In this document: in pieces, positions 1 through 9,486 of the stretch
How positions within the stretch are numbered: position 1 is the first letter of the stretch
Layout of the letters: every line of letters starts with the position of its first letter
Assembly: GCA_938015435.1 (NCBI GenBank)
Contig: CALLPN010000009.1
Span: 15,092 to 79,091 of the forward strand
Direction: 5' to 3'
DNA length: 64,000 nucleotides
Source: an uncultured Saprospiraceae bacterium
Lineage (GTDB): Bacteria; Bacteroidota; Bacteroidia; Chitinophagales; Saprospiraceae
Position numbers and translations under genes: made by a program
Notes under the pieces: generated by a model
Told to the model about the DNA's origin: nothing
Database searches by the model: none
Seen by the model: only the letters and a program-made list of their open reading frames with translations

Positions 1-1873
1 GGAAGCCATTAAACTATCGTCAAAGATAGCAGCAAAAGAAGCGGCAGCATCTGGATTAAACTGGACATTCGCTCCTATGGTTGATATATCTAGAGACGCC
101 CGTTGGGGCCGAGTCATGGAAGGTGCCGGAGAAGATCCATACTTAGGGAGTAAAGTCGCGGTAGCTAGAGTAAAAGGATTTCAAGGTGATGATTTATCTG
201 ATCCATTGACAATAGCAGCATGTGCTAAACACTTTGCTGGTTACGGGTTTGCCGAAGCTGGTCGTGAATACAACACTACTGTTATTAGTGGTGATATTTT
301 ACATAATATAGTTCTACCACCTTTCAAGGCTTGTGTAGATGCAGGAGTGGCAACATTTATGAATGGATTCAATCAGCTGAATGGAATCCCTGTAACAGGC
401 CATAAACAATTGCAAAGAAAGATACTTAAAGGACAATGGGGATTTGAAGGCGTAATGGTCTCAGATTGGGGATCTATAGGTGAGATGAAAGTACATGGTT
501 TTGCAGCAAATGAGAAAGAAGCAGGATTAAAAGCTATAATTGCAGGTAGTGACATGGATATGGAATCATATGTCTATGAAAAGCATCTAAAAACACTGGT
601 AAAAGAAGGTCAAGTAGATATTGAACTGATCAATGATGCAGCCAGAAGGATACTAAATCTCAAACATGAGCTAGGTCTATTTAAAGATCCTTACAAATAT
701 TGTAATGAAGAAAGGGAATCTAATGTAATCGGCTCCGATGAAATTTTACTAGCCATTAGAGATATGGCAAGAAAATCTGTAGTTCTACTTAAAAATGAAA
801 ATGCAGGCCTACCCATAAAAGCCAATAAAACAGTAGCTGTTATAGGACCATTAGTATCCGAAAAAAATAGTCCTCTAGGCAGCTGGAGGATTGCTGCAAA
901 AGATCACACCGCTATCTCAGTAGAAGAGGGATTATCCCAATACACAGATATAGATTGGACATTCTTGCAAGGTGTTCAACTAACTACTGAGTCTACTAAT
1001 TTTGTGTTAGAAACCAAGATCAATGAAGTGGACAAAACAGGCATACAGCAAGCGGTAGATAAAGCCAAAGAAGTAGACCAAGTGATCATGGTACTCGGAG
1101 AACATGGATACCAATCAGGAGAAGCACGTAGTAGAACAAAATTAGACTTGCCTGGCTTACAACAAGAACTGCTAGAAGCTGTACACGCGGTAAATCCAAA
1201 TATAGTATTAATAATAATGAGTGGTAGACCATTAGACCTTAGCTGGGCAGATGAAAATATTCCTACCATTGTTCAAGCTTGGCAACTCGGAACAGAGTCG
1301 GGTAACGCACTTGCAGATATTATAATGGGTGAGTATAACCCTAGTGGCAAATTACCAATGTCATTCCCTCGCTCTGTGGGTCAGATGCCTTTGTACTACA
1401 ATCATCAAAGCACAGGCCGCCCTACACAAGATGCTAATCCAGATCTAGTATTTTGGTCTCATTATATAGATGAAAAAAATACTGCTCTCTACCCTTTTGG
1501 TCATGGCGAAAGTTATACTAACTTTGAATATAGCAATCTAAAAGTTACCAATACAGGAACTGGTTTTACTGCGACTATCGATCTTACTAATACAGGAGAT
1601 GTAGCTGGGGAAGAAGTAACTCAACTTTACATTAGAGATGTCTCAGCTAGCTTGGCACGCCCAGTAAAAGAGCTCAAAGGATTTGAGAAAAACATGCTCA
1701 AACCAAGTGAAAGCAAAACGATTACTTTTGTTCTTACAGATAAAGAATTAGGCTTTTTTGATAACGAGGGAAACTACCATGTTGAAGATGGTAAATTTGA
1801 TATCATGGTCGGTGGTAGTAGCGAAAAAGTAATGAACGTATCTGTAGAAAGAAAAACAAAGATGCTAGAATAA
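1..1873 (+). CDS. Glycoside hydrolase family 3 beta-glucosidase (BglX-like), 5' end outside window
   Basis: The reading frame is open from position 2 (EAIKLSSKIAAKEAAASGLNWTFAPMVDISRDARWGR...). GH3 hallmarks are present: RWGRxxEGxGEDP, KHFAGYG and the nucleophile context VMVSDWGS. A C-terminal FnIII-like region ends at the stop at 1873. Confidence 0.9.
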   Translation, partial: EAIKLSSKIAAKEAAASGLNWTFAPMVDISRDARWGRVMEGAGEDPYLGSKVAVARVKGFQGDDLSDPLTIAACAKHFAGYGFAEAGREYNTTVISGDILHNIVLPPFKACVDAGVATFMNGFNQLNGIPVTGHKQLQRKILKGQWGFEGVMVSDWGSIGEMKVHGFAANEKEAGLKAIIAGSDMDMESYVYEKHLKTLVKEGQVDIELINDAARRILNLKHELGLFKDPYKYCNEERESNVIGSDEILLAIRDMARKSVVLLKNENAGLPIKANKTVAVIGPLVSEKNSPLGSWRIAAKDHTAISVEEGLSQYTDIDWTFLQGVQLTTESTNFVLETKINEVDKTGIQQAVDKAKEVDQVIMVLGEHGYQSGEARSRTKLDLPGLQQELLEAVHAVNPNIVLIIMSGRPLDLSWADENIPTIVQAWQLGTESGNALADIIMGEYNPSGKLPMSFPRSVGQMPLYYNHQSTGRPTQDANPDLVFWSHYIDEKNTALYPFGHGESYTNFEYSNLKVTNTGTGFTATIDLTNTGDVAGEEVTQLYIRDVSASLARPVKELKGFEKNMLKPSESKTITFVLTDKELGFFDNEGNYHVEDGKFDIMVGGSSEKVMNVSVERKTKMLE

Positions 1874-1995
1874 AACGAAAGGTTACTAATGCTCTTGAGC
1901 AATTGATAGTTTTACTTCTTGACTGTGCAATAAGGAATAAGCATGATATAAAACCTAATTAATATTTTAAAAAAACCCTTGATTATTTTTGATTA

Positions 1996-4900
1996 ATGGG
2001 CGAGAACAACACAATGGAAAAAAAATCAATTTACTTAGGAGAGAAAGAAGTTCATTTTAATGAGCCGGCAATTGAAGGAAGGTTAGTTATTCTTGAAGGC
2101 GAAAAGTATTATAAAATTTCAAATAATGATGCTATGAGGCCTTTCTTTATGAGCATCGTTAGTGATTCAAATCATTGGATGTTCATTTCAAGTAATGGTG
2201 GTTTGACAGCGGGTAGAAAAGACTCAAGTTTTGCTCTTTTCCCCTATTATACAGATGATAAAATTACAGAATCTGCTTCTATAACTGGAAGCAAAACAAT
2301 TGTACAAGTTCATTTGGATGGTAAAACAAAATTATGGGAGCCTTTTTCAGATAGGTATACTGGAATTTACAAAACATCTAGAAATCTCTATAAAAATAGT
2401 TTTGGTAATAAGGTGATTTTTGAGGAAATCAACGAAGATTTAGAACTGACTTTTCGATATCAATGGTGTTCAAGTGATCGATTTGGATTTGTGAAAAATT
2501 CAAGCATTATCAATAATTCTAATAATAAAATTAATGTTACTGTACTAGATGGTATTCAGAACATAATGCCTTATGGTGTTGATACTGCTTTGCAAGGTAC
2601 AGGCAGTAATTTAGTCGATGCGTACAAGAAAAACGAGTTAGAAACAGAAGTGGGTTTGGGTATTTATGTTTTAAGCGCAATTATTGTCGATAGAGCAGAA
2701 CCTAGTGAAGCGTTAAAAGCAACCACCGTATGGTCGTTAGGACTCGACAACTCTAAATATTTAGTGTCTTCACTGCAACTTAATAACTTTAGGCGGGGAA
2801 AGGAAATCGTTCAAGAAGTAGCGATCCGTGCAGAAAAAGGGGCCTATTTTGTGGTAGCAGACATAAACTTGAATGTAAATTCAGAAGACAAATGGATGAT
2901 CATTGCGGATGTCAATCAATCAGTAGTTAATGTCGCAGATATCTCGAATAAAATTAAGACAGATAACAATCTAATAACTACTGTTCAAAAAGATATTGAA
3001 CTTGGAACAAAACGTCTATTGGAACTGAACAGTGCTTCAGATGGAATTCAATTAACCGCTGATAAACTGAGAAACACCAGGCATTTCGCGAATACACTTT
3101 TCAATATTATGAGAGGAGGTATTTTTGATGATAACTATCAAATAGAGAAAGGTGACTTTTCCAAATACATAGAAACAGCCAATATACAAGTCTACAGGAA
3201 GAAAGAAAATTTTCTAAATAAATTACCCGCAGTATTTACATTGGAGCATTTAAGATCAATAATTAATGACATCCAGAATCAAAATACAGATACTAATTTC
3301 AAAAGACTTTGTTTTGAATATTTACCGTTAAAGTTTAGTAGAAGGCATGGAGATCCGAGTAGGCCTTGGAATAAATTCGCAATTAATACGAAAAATGAGG
3401 ATGGCTCCAAAGTACTAGACTATCAGGGTAACTGGAGAGACATTTTCCAAAATTGGGAAGCATTAGCACATTCATATCCTGAATTTATGGAAAACATGAT
3501 TCATAAATTCTTAAATGCAACCACTTTTGATGGCTATAATCCGTATAGAGTTACCAAAGATGGTTTTGATTGGGAAACTATAGAAAAAGATGATCCTTGG
3601 TCGTACATAGGATATTGGGGAGATCATCAAATTATCTATTTACTAAAGTTCTTGGAGTTCATTGAAAAGCATTCGCCCAACAGATTAGCTAAATACTTTG
3701 AGCAAGATGTATTTGTATACGCCAATGTACCTTACAAAATAAAAAGCTATGCGGAAATTCTAAAGAATTCAAAAGACACAATTATTTTAGATAAAGAGTC
3801 TGAGGAACATATCATTCAAAAAAGAAAAGAACTTGGAGCAGATGGTGCCTTACTTACAGATAAAAATCTAAATATTTATAAGGTCAACCTAATTGAAAAA
3901 CTATTAGCTACAGTATTGGCAAAGATGTCCAATTTTATTCCTGAAGGTGGAATATGGATGAATACACAAAGACCAGAATGGAACGACGCAAATAATGCTT
4001 TAGTCGGTAATGGGGTATCCATGGTTACACTCTACTACCTTAGAAGATTTTTAAATTTCCTTGAAGATTTACTTAGCAAATCAGATAGTGAAACGCATAC
4101 TATTTCACAAGAATTGAAACATTTCTTCAATGGTATCAATGAAACCCTTAAGTCGAACGAAAAAATTCTTGAGGGCAATGTGTCTGATACAGATAGAAAA
4201 ACCATTCTTGATGGCTTAGGAATCGCAGGTAGCAAGTATAGAAATACTATCTATGAAAATGGATTCCGCAGTGATAAGGATAATATTTCCAAGACGGAGC
4301 TATTAGATTTCTTGTCTATTTCAAAGCAATATCTGGAACACTCAATTACTGTTAATAAAAGAAAAGATAATCTATATCATGCCTATAATCTGATGACTGT
4401 TAAAAGTGATTCGGAGGTATCGATTACATATTTACCAGAAATGCTAGAAGGTCAAGTGGCAGTACTGAGTTCTGGGTATTTATCTTCTACTGAGTCATTG
4501 GATGTCTTAGATGCATTAAAAGCAAGCGCTTTATTTAGAAAGGACCAATACAGTTATATTTTATACCCAAATAAAGACTTGCCGAGATTTACTCAAAAGA
4601 ACAATATACCCACAAACCAAATTGAATCATCGGAACTAATCCAACAGCTATTACAAGATAATAACCTCTCTATCGTTGTAAAGGATATAAATGACACTTA
4701 CCACTTTAACGGAAACTTCAATAATTCCGATAGCTTGAAAGATGCTCTTGCTCAATTGCCAAAAGTACGCTATGAAAAGCTCGTTGAAAAAGACACCGGA
4801 TTATTATTAGAAATTTTCGAAGATATTTTTGATCATAAATCCTTTACTGGTAGATCAGGTACATTTTTTGGCTATGAAGGATTGGGTTCGATCTATTGGC

Positions 4901-5484
4901 ACATGGTTTCAAAACTATTGCTGAGTGTACAAGAAACATGCTTAGTGGCTATCAATGATACTAAAGATGATGTATTAATCGGCAAACTTCTGGAACACTA
5001 CTACGAAATCAATGAAGGCATAGGAGTTCATAAGTCTCCTGCATTGTACGGTGCATTTCCTACAGATCCATATTCACATACGCCAGGAGGAAAAGGAGCA
5101 CAACAACCAGGAATGACCGGACAAGTAAAAGAGGATATCCTGTGTCGATTTGGCGAATTAGGCGTTTTTGTATCTAATGGGAGCTTACTATTTAATCCAC
5201 GTTTACTACGCAGAGAGGAATTTTTAAAAAAAACTAAGACGTTCAAATATTCAGACATCAATAAGGCTGAAAAACAAATTCATCTCGAAGAGGGTTCCCT
5301 AGCATTTACATACTGTCAATCCCCCATTATATATAAACTATCAGATAAATCCAGTTTAAAAATTGAACTTACAAACCAAAAAGTTATTGAAACAGATTCT
5401 TTGGTTCTAGATGCTAACGTTAGTAGTCAGGTATTCAAAAGAACAGGTGAAGTTAAACTGATAACTGTTTATATAAAAAAGTAA
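1996..5484 (+). CDS. Large cytoplasmic protein, candidate GH149/GH94-like beta-1,3-glucan phosphorylase (otherwise conserved hypothetical)
   Basis: 1162-aa ORF with no signal peptide, embedded between GH3 and other beta-glucan hydrolases. It carries the motif RPEWNDANNAL (EWND at 3976-3987), which resembles the catalytic DWND motif of GH94-type (alpha/alpha)6 phosphorylases. The size fits the GH149 class. An alternative start exists at 2014 (MEKKSIY). Confidence 0.45.
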   Translation: MGENNTMEKKSIYLGEKEVHFNEPAIEGRLVILEGEKYYKISNNDAMRPFFMSIVSDSNHWMFISSNGGLTAGRKDSSFALFPYYTDDKITESASITGSKTIVQVHLDGKTKLWEPFSDRYTGIYKTSRNLYKNSFGNKVIFEEINEDLELTFRYQWCSSDRFGFVKNSSIINNSNNKINVTVLDGIQNIMPYGVDTALQGTGSNLVDAYKKNELETEVGLGIYVLSAIIVDRAEPSEALKATTVWSLGLDNSKYLVSSLQLNNFRRGKEIVQEVAIRAEKGAYFVVADINLNVNSEDKWMIIADVNQSVVNVADISNKIKTDNNLITTVQKDIELGTKRLLELNSASDGIQLTADKLRNTRHFANTLFNIMRGGIFDDNYQIEKGDFSKYIETANIQVYRKKENFLNKLPAVFTLEHLRSIINDIQNQNTDTNFKRLCFEYLPLKFSRRHGDPSRPWNKFAINTKNEDGSKVLDYQGNWRDIFQNWEALAHSYPEFMENMIHKFLNATTFDGYNPYRVTKDGFDWETIEKDDPWSYIGYWGDHQIIYLLKFLEFIEKHSPNRLAKYFEQDVFVYANVPYKIKSYAEILKNSKDTIILDKESEEHIIQKRKELGADGALLTDKNLNIYKVNLIEKLLATVLAKMSNFIPEGGIWMNTQRPEWNDANNALVGNGVSMVTLYYLRRFLNFLEDLLSKSDSETHTISQELKHFFNGINETLKSNEKILEGNVSDTDRKTILDGLGIAGSKYRNTIYENGFRSDKDNISKTELLDFLSISKQYLEHSITVNKRKDNLYHAYNLMTVKSDSEVSITYLPEMLEGQVAVLSSGYLSSTESLDVLDALKASALFRKDQYSYILYPNKDLPRFTQKNNIPTNQIESSELIQQLLQDNNLSIVVKDINDTYHFNGNFNNSDSLKDALAQLPKVRYEKLVEKDTGLLLEIFEDIFDHKSFTGRSGTFFGYEGLGSIYWHMVSKLLLSVQETCLVAINDTKDDVLIGKLLEHYYEINEGIGVHKSPALYGAFPTDPYSHTPGGKGAQQPGMTGQVKEDILCRFGELGVFVSNGSLLFNPRLLRREEFLKKTKTFKYSDINKAEKQIHLEEGSLAFTYCQSPIIYKLSDKSSLKIELTNQKVIETDSLVLDANVSSQVFKRTGEVKLITVYIKK

Positions 5485-5526
5485 TTCTTGAGAAGGAATA
5501 AAGCTAGTTAACAAAACAAATATATA

Positions 5527-6546
5527 ATGCAAATAAAATTTACAATTATCCTTTTGGTGGGCGTCTTATTGTCTTGCAGTTCGACTTCCAAAATTGAAGA
5601 AATATCCGAAGGGGTAAATATTTTAGATCGCAAAATTTTAGTTGATGATATTCCATATACCATCAAAGGTATTTGTTATCACCCTGTTCCGAAAGGTACA
5701 AAGACAAGAAGTTTTGAAAACCTAACTGAAGACTTGACTTTAATGGTCGAAGCAGGTATAAATACCCTTAGAGTTTATGAACCAATAGTTGAAAAAACTT
5801 TACTTGATGAAATTGATAAATCTGGTCTAAAAGTAATTATAGGTTTTGGTTACAATCAAGGTGGAAACTTTGATATTATTTCTGGAACATTCATAAACTA
5901 TGTTAATAAATTCAAATCCCATCCAGCAATTTTAATGTGGGAGTTAGGTAATGAGTACAATTACCATCCGGAATGGTTTGACGGTGATCTAGCGAACTGG
6001 TACGATGCAATGAATAAAGCAGCGGCTACCATTCACGAGATGGATAAGACACACCCTGTTACGACAGCACATGGTGAACTACCCGATTCGAAAGCCCTAA
6101 GTTCCTGCCCCAACATTGATGTATGGGGAATGAATGTATACCGTTGGGATAACCCAGAAGAAATATTCAACCAATGGAAAAGCATCTCCAGCAAACCGAT
6201 GTATTTATCCGAAGCAGGCGGTGATAGTTATATGACCATTACAAAATCAGGATACGAAAAAGGTGAAAATGAAAAAGCTCAGGCAGATGCAAATGCTAAT
6301 ATTCTAGACATCGTTTTTAACAATCAAGATATATCTTCCGGTGTCACTCTATTTTCTTTTACTGATGGTTGGTGGAAAGCAGATAACCCTTCAGAGCAAA
6401 ACCCTGGAGGATGGGCTCCTAATAGTAGTGGTGTCCCCTATGATGGTTCTCCTAATGAAGAATACTGGGGTATCGTCGATATAGATCGAAATAAAAAACA
6501 AACTTTTGATGTCGTCAAACAAAAATATAGGAACATCCAAAAATAA
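5527..6546 (+). CDS. Clan GH-A (beta/alpha)8 glycoside hydrolase lipoprotein, family uncertain (GH5-like)
   Basis: Lipoprotein signal (VLLSCSS). Acid/base-like motif MWELGNEYNY and nucleophile-like motif MYLSEAGGDS. Sits in a glycan-cluster context. Confidence 0.6.
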   Translation: MQIKFTIILLVGVLLSCSSTSKIEEISEGVNILDRKILVDDIPYTIKGICYHPVPKGTKTRSFENLTEDLTLMVEAGINTLRVYEPIVEKTLLDEIDKSGLKVIIGFGYNQGGNFDIISGTFINYVNKFKSHPAILMWELGNEYNYHPEWFDGDLANWYDAMNKAAATIHEMDKTHPVTTAHGELPDSKALSSCPNIDVWGMNVYRWDNPEEIFNQWKSISSKPMYLSEAGGDSYMTITKSGYEKGENEKAQADANANILDIVFNNQDISSGVTLFSFTDGWWKADNPSEQNPGGWAPNSSGVPYDGSPNEEYWGIVDIDRNKKQTFDVVKQKYRNIQK

Positions 6547-6625
6547 ATTTGTTTAGAAATGGGCCGAAAAAATCGTTAACCTTACTAAGCATTTAGTAAA
6601 TTACGGAGACCAAAATTTTAGAATC

Positions 6626-7906
6626 ATGAAGATATATATAAGACATACAATTTTCTTATTTTTTATGATTTTGGCCATCTCTTGCCAGAACAATACTAAT
6701 ACCGAAAGCAAAACAAATACATTGAACGAACAGTCAAATAAAAGTGCAAAGGATATTCTAGGCAATCCCAATTACCTAGCAATGTCCTATGGAGGGTATC
6801 GGTATGTTGATCATAACATAGAACCTACCCAAGATGAACTCAAAGAAGATATGAAGTTGTTGTCTGCTATGGGAATCAAAATTGTACGGACATACAAAGT
6901 GCACAAACCCCACGCTAGCAATCTACTAAAGGCAATCAGAACTCTAAAAAAAGAAGATCCAAGTTTTGAAATGTATGTTATGCTGGGTGTATGGATAGAT
7001 TGTAAAAATGCATGGACTGAGCATGAGCCCAACCATTATGAAGAAAGCGAGCGTAATGCTGTCGAAATTGCGACTACGGTGACATTAGCAAAAGAATATC
7101 CTGATATTGTAAAAGTAATTGCTGTTGGTAATGAAGCAATGGTAAAATGGGCCACAAGTTATTTTGTCCAACCCGGAGTTATTCTAAAATGGGTAAATCA
7201 TCTTCAAAGATTGAAAAAATCAGATATGCTTCCAAAAGACCTTTGGATTACAAGTTCCGATAATTTTGCTTCTTGGGGAGGTGGCCATGAAGAATACCAT
7301 GTTGAAGATTTAAACAAATTAATTAAAGCGGTAGATTATTTATCTATTCATACCTACCCTATGCATGACACCCACTACAACCCTATTTTCTGGGGTGTTA
7401 GGGAGGAGGAACAAAAACTGACTGACATTGAAAAAATTGATGCGACAATGCTTCGTGCTAAAATATATGCTATGTCACAATACACCAGTGTAAAAAAATA
7501 TATGCACGGATTGGGAATTGATAAACCTATTCATATTGGTGAGACAGGCTGGGCAAGTAATTCCAATCAATTGTACGGACCTAATGGTTCGAAAGCCACT
7601 GATGAATACAAAGAAGGATTATTTTATAACCATATGCGCGAATGGACTAATGCTAAAGGCATCTCATGTTTCTATTTTGAAGGATTCGACGAACAGTGGA
7701 AAGATGCAGAAAATCCAGAAGGTTCTGAAAATCATTTTGGCTTGATCAATTTGAAAAGTCAAGCCAAGTTTGCTCTTTGGGAGTTAGTGGACAAGGGAGT
7801 TTTTGATGGCCTTACCAGAGATGGCAAACCCATTACTAAAACATTTAATGGAGATAAGAATGCACTTATGAAAAAAGTAAAGGTCCCTCGAAAAAGATTA
7901 TATTAA
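6626..7906 (+). CDS. GH17 family beta-1,3-glucanase, lipoprotein
   Basis: Lipoprotein signal (LAISCQN). GH17 hallmarks AVGNEAMV (acid/base Glu), IHIGETGWAS (nucleophile Glu) and FYFEGFDEQWK. Confidence 0.75.
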   Translation: MKIYIRHTIFLFFMILAISCQNNTNTESKTNTLNEQSNKSAKDILGNPNYLAMSYGGYRYVDHNIEPTQDELKEDMKLLSAMGIKIVRTYKVHKPHASNLLKAIRTLKKEDPSFEMYVMLGVWIDCKNAWTEHEPNHYEESERNAVEIATTVTLAKEYPDIVKVIAVGNEAMVKWATSYFVQPGVILKWVNHLQRLKKSDMLPKDLWITSSDNFASWGGGHEEYHVEDLNKLIKAVDYLSIHTYPMHDTHYNPIFWGVREEEQKLTDIEKIDATMLRAKIYAMSQYTSVKKYMHGLGIDKPIHIGETGWASNSNQLYGPNGSKATDEYKEGLFYNHMREWTNAKGISCFYFEGFDEQWKDAENPEGSENHFGLINLKSQAKFALWELVDKGVFDGLTRDGKPITKTFNGDKNALMKKVKVPRKRLY

Positions 7907-7928
7907 ATATCACATCAACTAACTTATA

Positions 7929-9467
7929 ATGAAGCCTAGAAAATCATTTAATAGACCCAGTTATATAAACCTACAGGGCATTGGACTACTATTTATATTC
8001 ATGATACTTATAATGACTAGTTGTATGAATAAAGACTTAGAAGTAACCGTATATGAAACGGCGGCAAACGGAAATTCAATGACGCAAATTAAAAAATTTG
8101 CAGCCGCTGATAATGCGGTAGAAATAAATCTGTTACCCGAAGAAAAATACCAAACCATAACAGGTTTTGGTGGATCCTTTACTGAGTCATCCGCACATTT
8201 ACTAAATCAGCTAGGCAAAGAAAATAGAAAACAAGTTTTAGAAGCTTATTTTGGAGAAGATGGCGCTAATTATTCGTTGACTAGAACACATATAAATTCA
8301 TGTGATTTTTCATTAAATAATTATTCCTATGCTCCTGTTGATGGAGACAAACAATTAGACAGTTTTTCTATTGACGAAGATCGCGATGATATTATACCAA
8401 TGATCAAAGAGGCCATGGCGATTTCAAAAGATGGGTTCAAAATAATATCCTCGCCTTGGACCGCACCACCATGGATGAAAGATAATAAGGATTGGGTGGG
8501 AGGTAAACTCTTACCTGAATATAGAGCTACATGGGCCTTATTCTTTTCTAAGTATATTGATGCATACAAAGTGGAAGGGATTGACGTTTGGGGAGTTACA
8601 GTTGAGAATGAGCCATTAGGAAATGGCAATAATTGGGAAAGCATGCATTTTACTGCAGATGAAATGACAAGTTTTGTTCAAAAGTATCTAGGGCCAAAAC
8701 TCGAAAATGATGGACATAACATCAAAATATTAGGATACGATCAAAATCGAGATCATTTAAAAGATTGGGTTGATGATATGTACCAGAATGAAGCATCATC
8801 AAAATATTTTGCTGGTACTGCTATTCATTGGTATGCAAGCACATTTGAAGTATTCCCAGAAGTCTTGCAATACACACATAATAAAGCACCTGACAAACAT
8901 TTGATACAAACAGAAGCTTGTGTCGATTCCGAAATTCCAAAATGGAAAGATGACGCTTGGTATTGGAAAAAAGAAGGAACGGATTGGGGCTGGGATTGGG
9001 CACCAGAAAAAGACAAGCATCTACATCCCAAGTATGCTCCAGTGAATCGCTACGCTCGAGATATCATTGGATGTCTCAATAACTGGGTTGATGGTTGGGT
9101 AGATTGGAATATGGTATTGGATAAACAAGGTGGACCCAATTGGTTTAAAAATTGGTGTGTAGCTCCAGTATTAGTGGATCCTGAAAAAGATGAGGTTTAT
9201 TATACTCCTATCTACTATGTAATGACACATTTCAGTAAATTCATAAGACCTGGTGCTATACGAATTGGAGTTATTTCTTCTGACAGCGATCTAATAGTTA
9301 CTGCGACTCAGAATACAGATAATAGTATTGCTGTTGTGATTTTTAATGAAAAAGAACAATTAAAAAACATTAACTTGTCTCTAGGTAAAAGTAATGTGAC
9401 TATTCAAATAAATGGACAAGCCATTCAGACTATAATCATTCCTAATTCGATACAATCGAAAATGTAA
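7929..9467 (+). CDS. GH30 family glycosidase (glucosylceramidase-like, probable beta-1,6-glucosidase)
   Basis: N-terminal TM/lipobox (IMTSCM). GH30 motifs WGVTVENEP (acid/base) and LIQTEAC (nucleophile). GH30 partners GH17 in laminarin loci. Confidence 0.8.
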   Translation: MKPRKSFNRPSYINLQGIGLLFIFMILIMTSCMNKDLEVTVYETAANGNSMTQIKKFAAADNAVEINLLPEEKYQTITGFGGSFTESSAHLLNQLGKENRKQVLEAYFGEDGANYSLTRTHINSCDFSLNNYSYAPVDGDKQLDSFSIDEDRDDIIPMIKEAMAISKDGFKIISSPWTAPPWMKDNKDWVGGKLLPEYRATWALFFSKYIDAYKVEGIDVWGVTVENEPLGNGNNWESMHFTADEMTSFVQKYLGPKLENDGHNIKILGYDQNRDHLKDWVDDMYQNEASSKYFAGTAIHWYASTFEVFPEVLQYTHNKAPDKHLIQTEACVDSEIPKWKDDAWYWKKEGTDWGWDWAPEKDKHLHPKYAPVNRYARDIIGCLNNWVDGWVDWNMVLDKQGGPNWFKNWCVAPVLVDPEKDEVYYTPIYYVMTHFSKFIRPGAIRIGVISSDSDLIVTATQNTDNSIAVVIFNEKEQLKNINLSLGKSNVTIQINGQAIQTIIIPNSIQSKM

Positions 9468-9486
9468 GGAAGTAAAAATATAAAAT

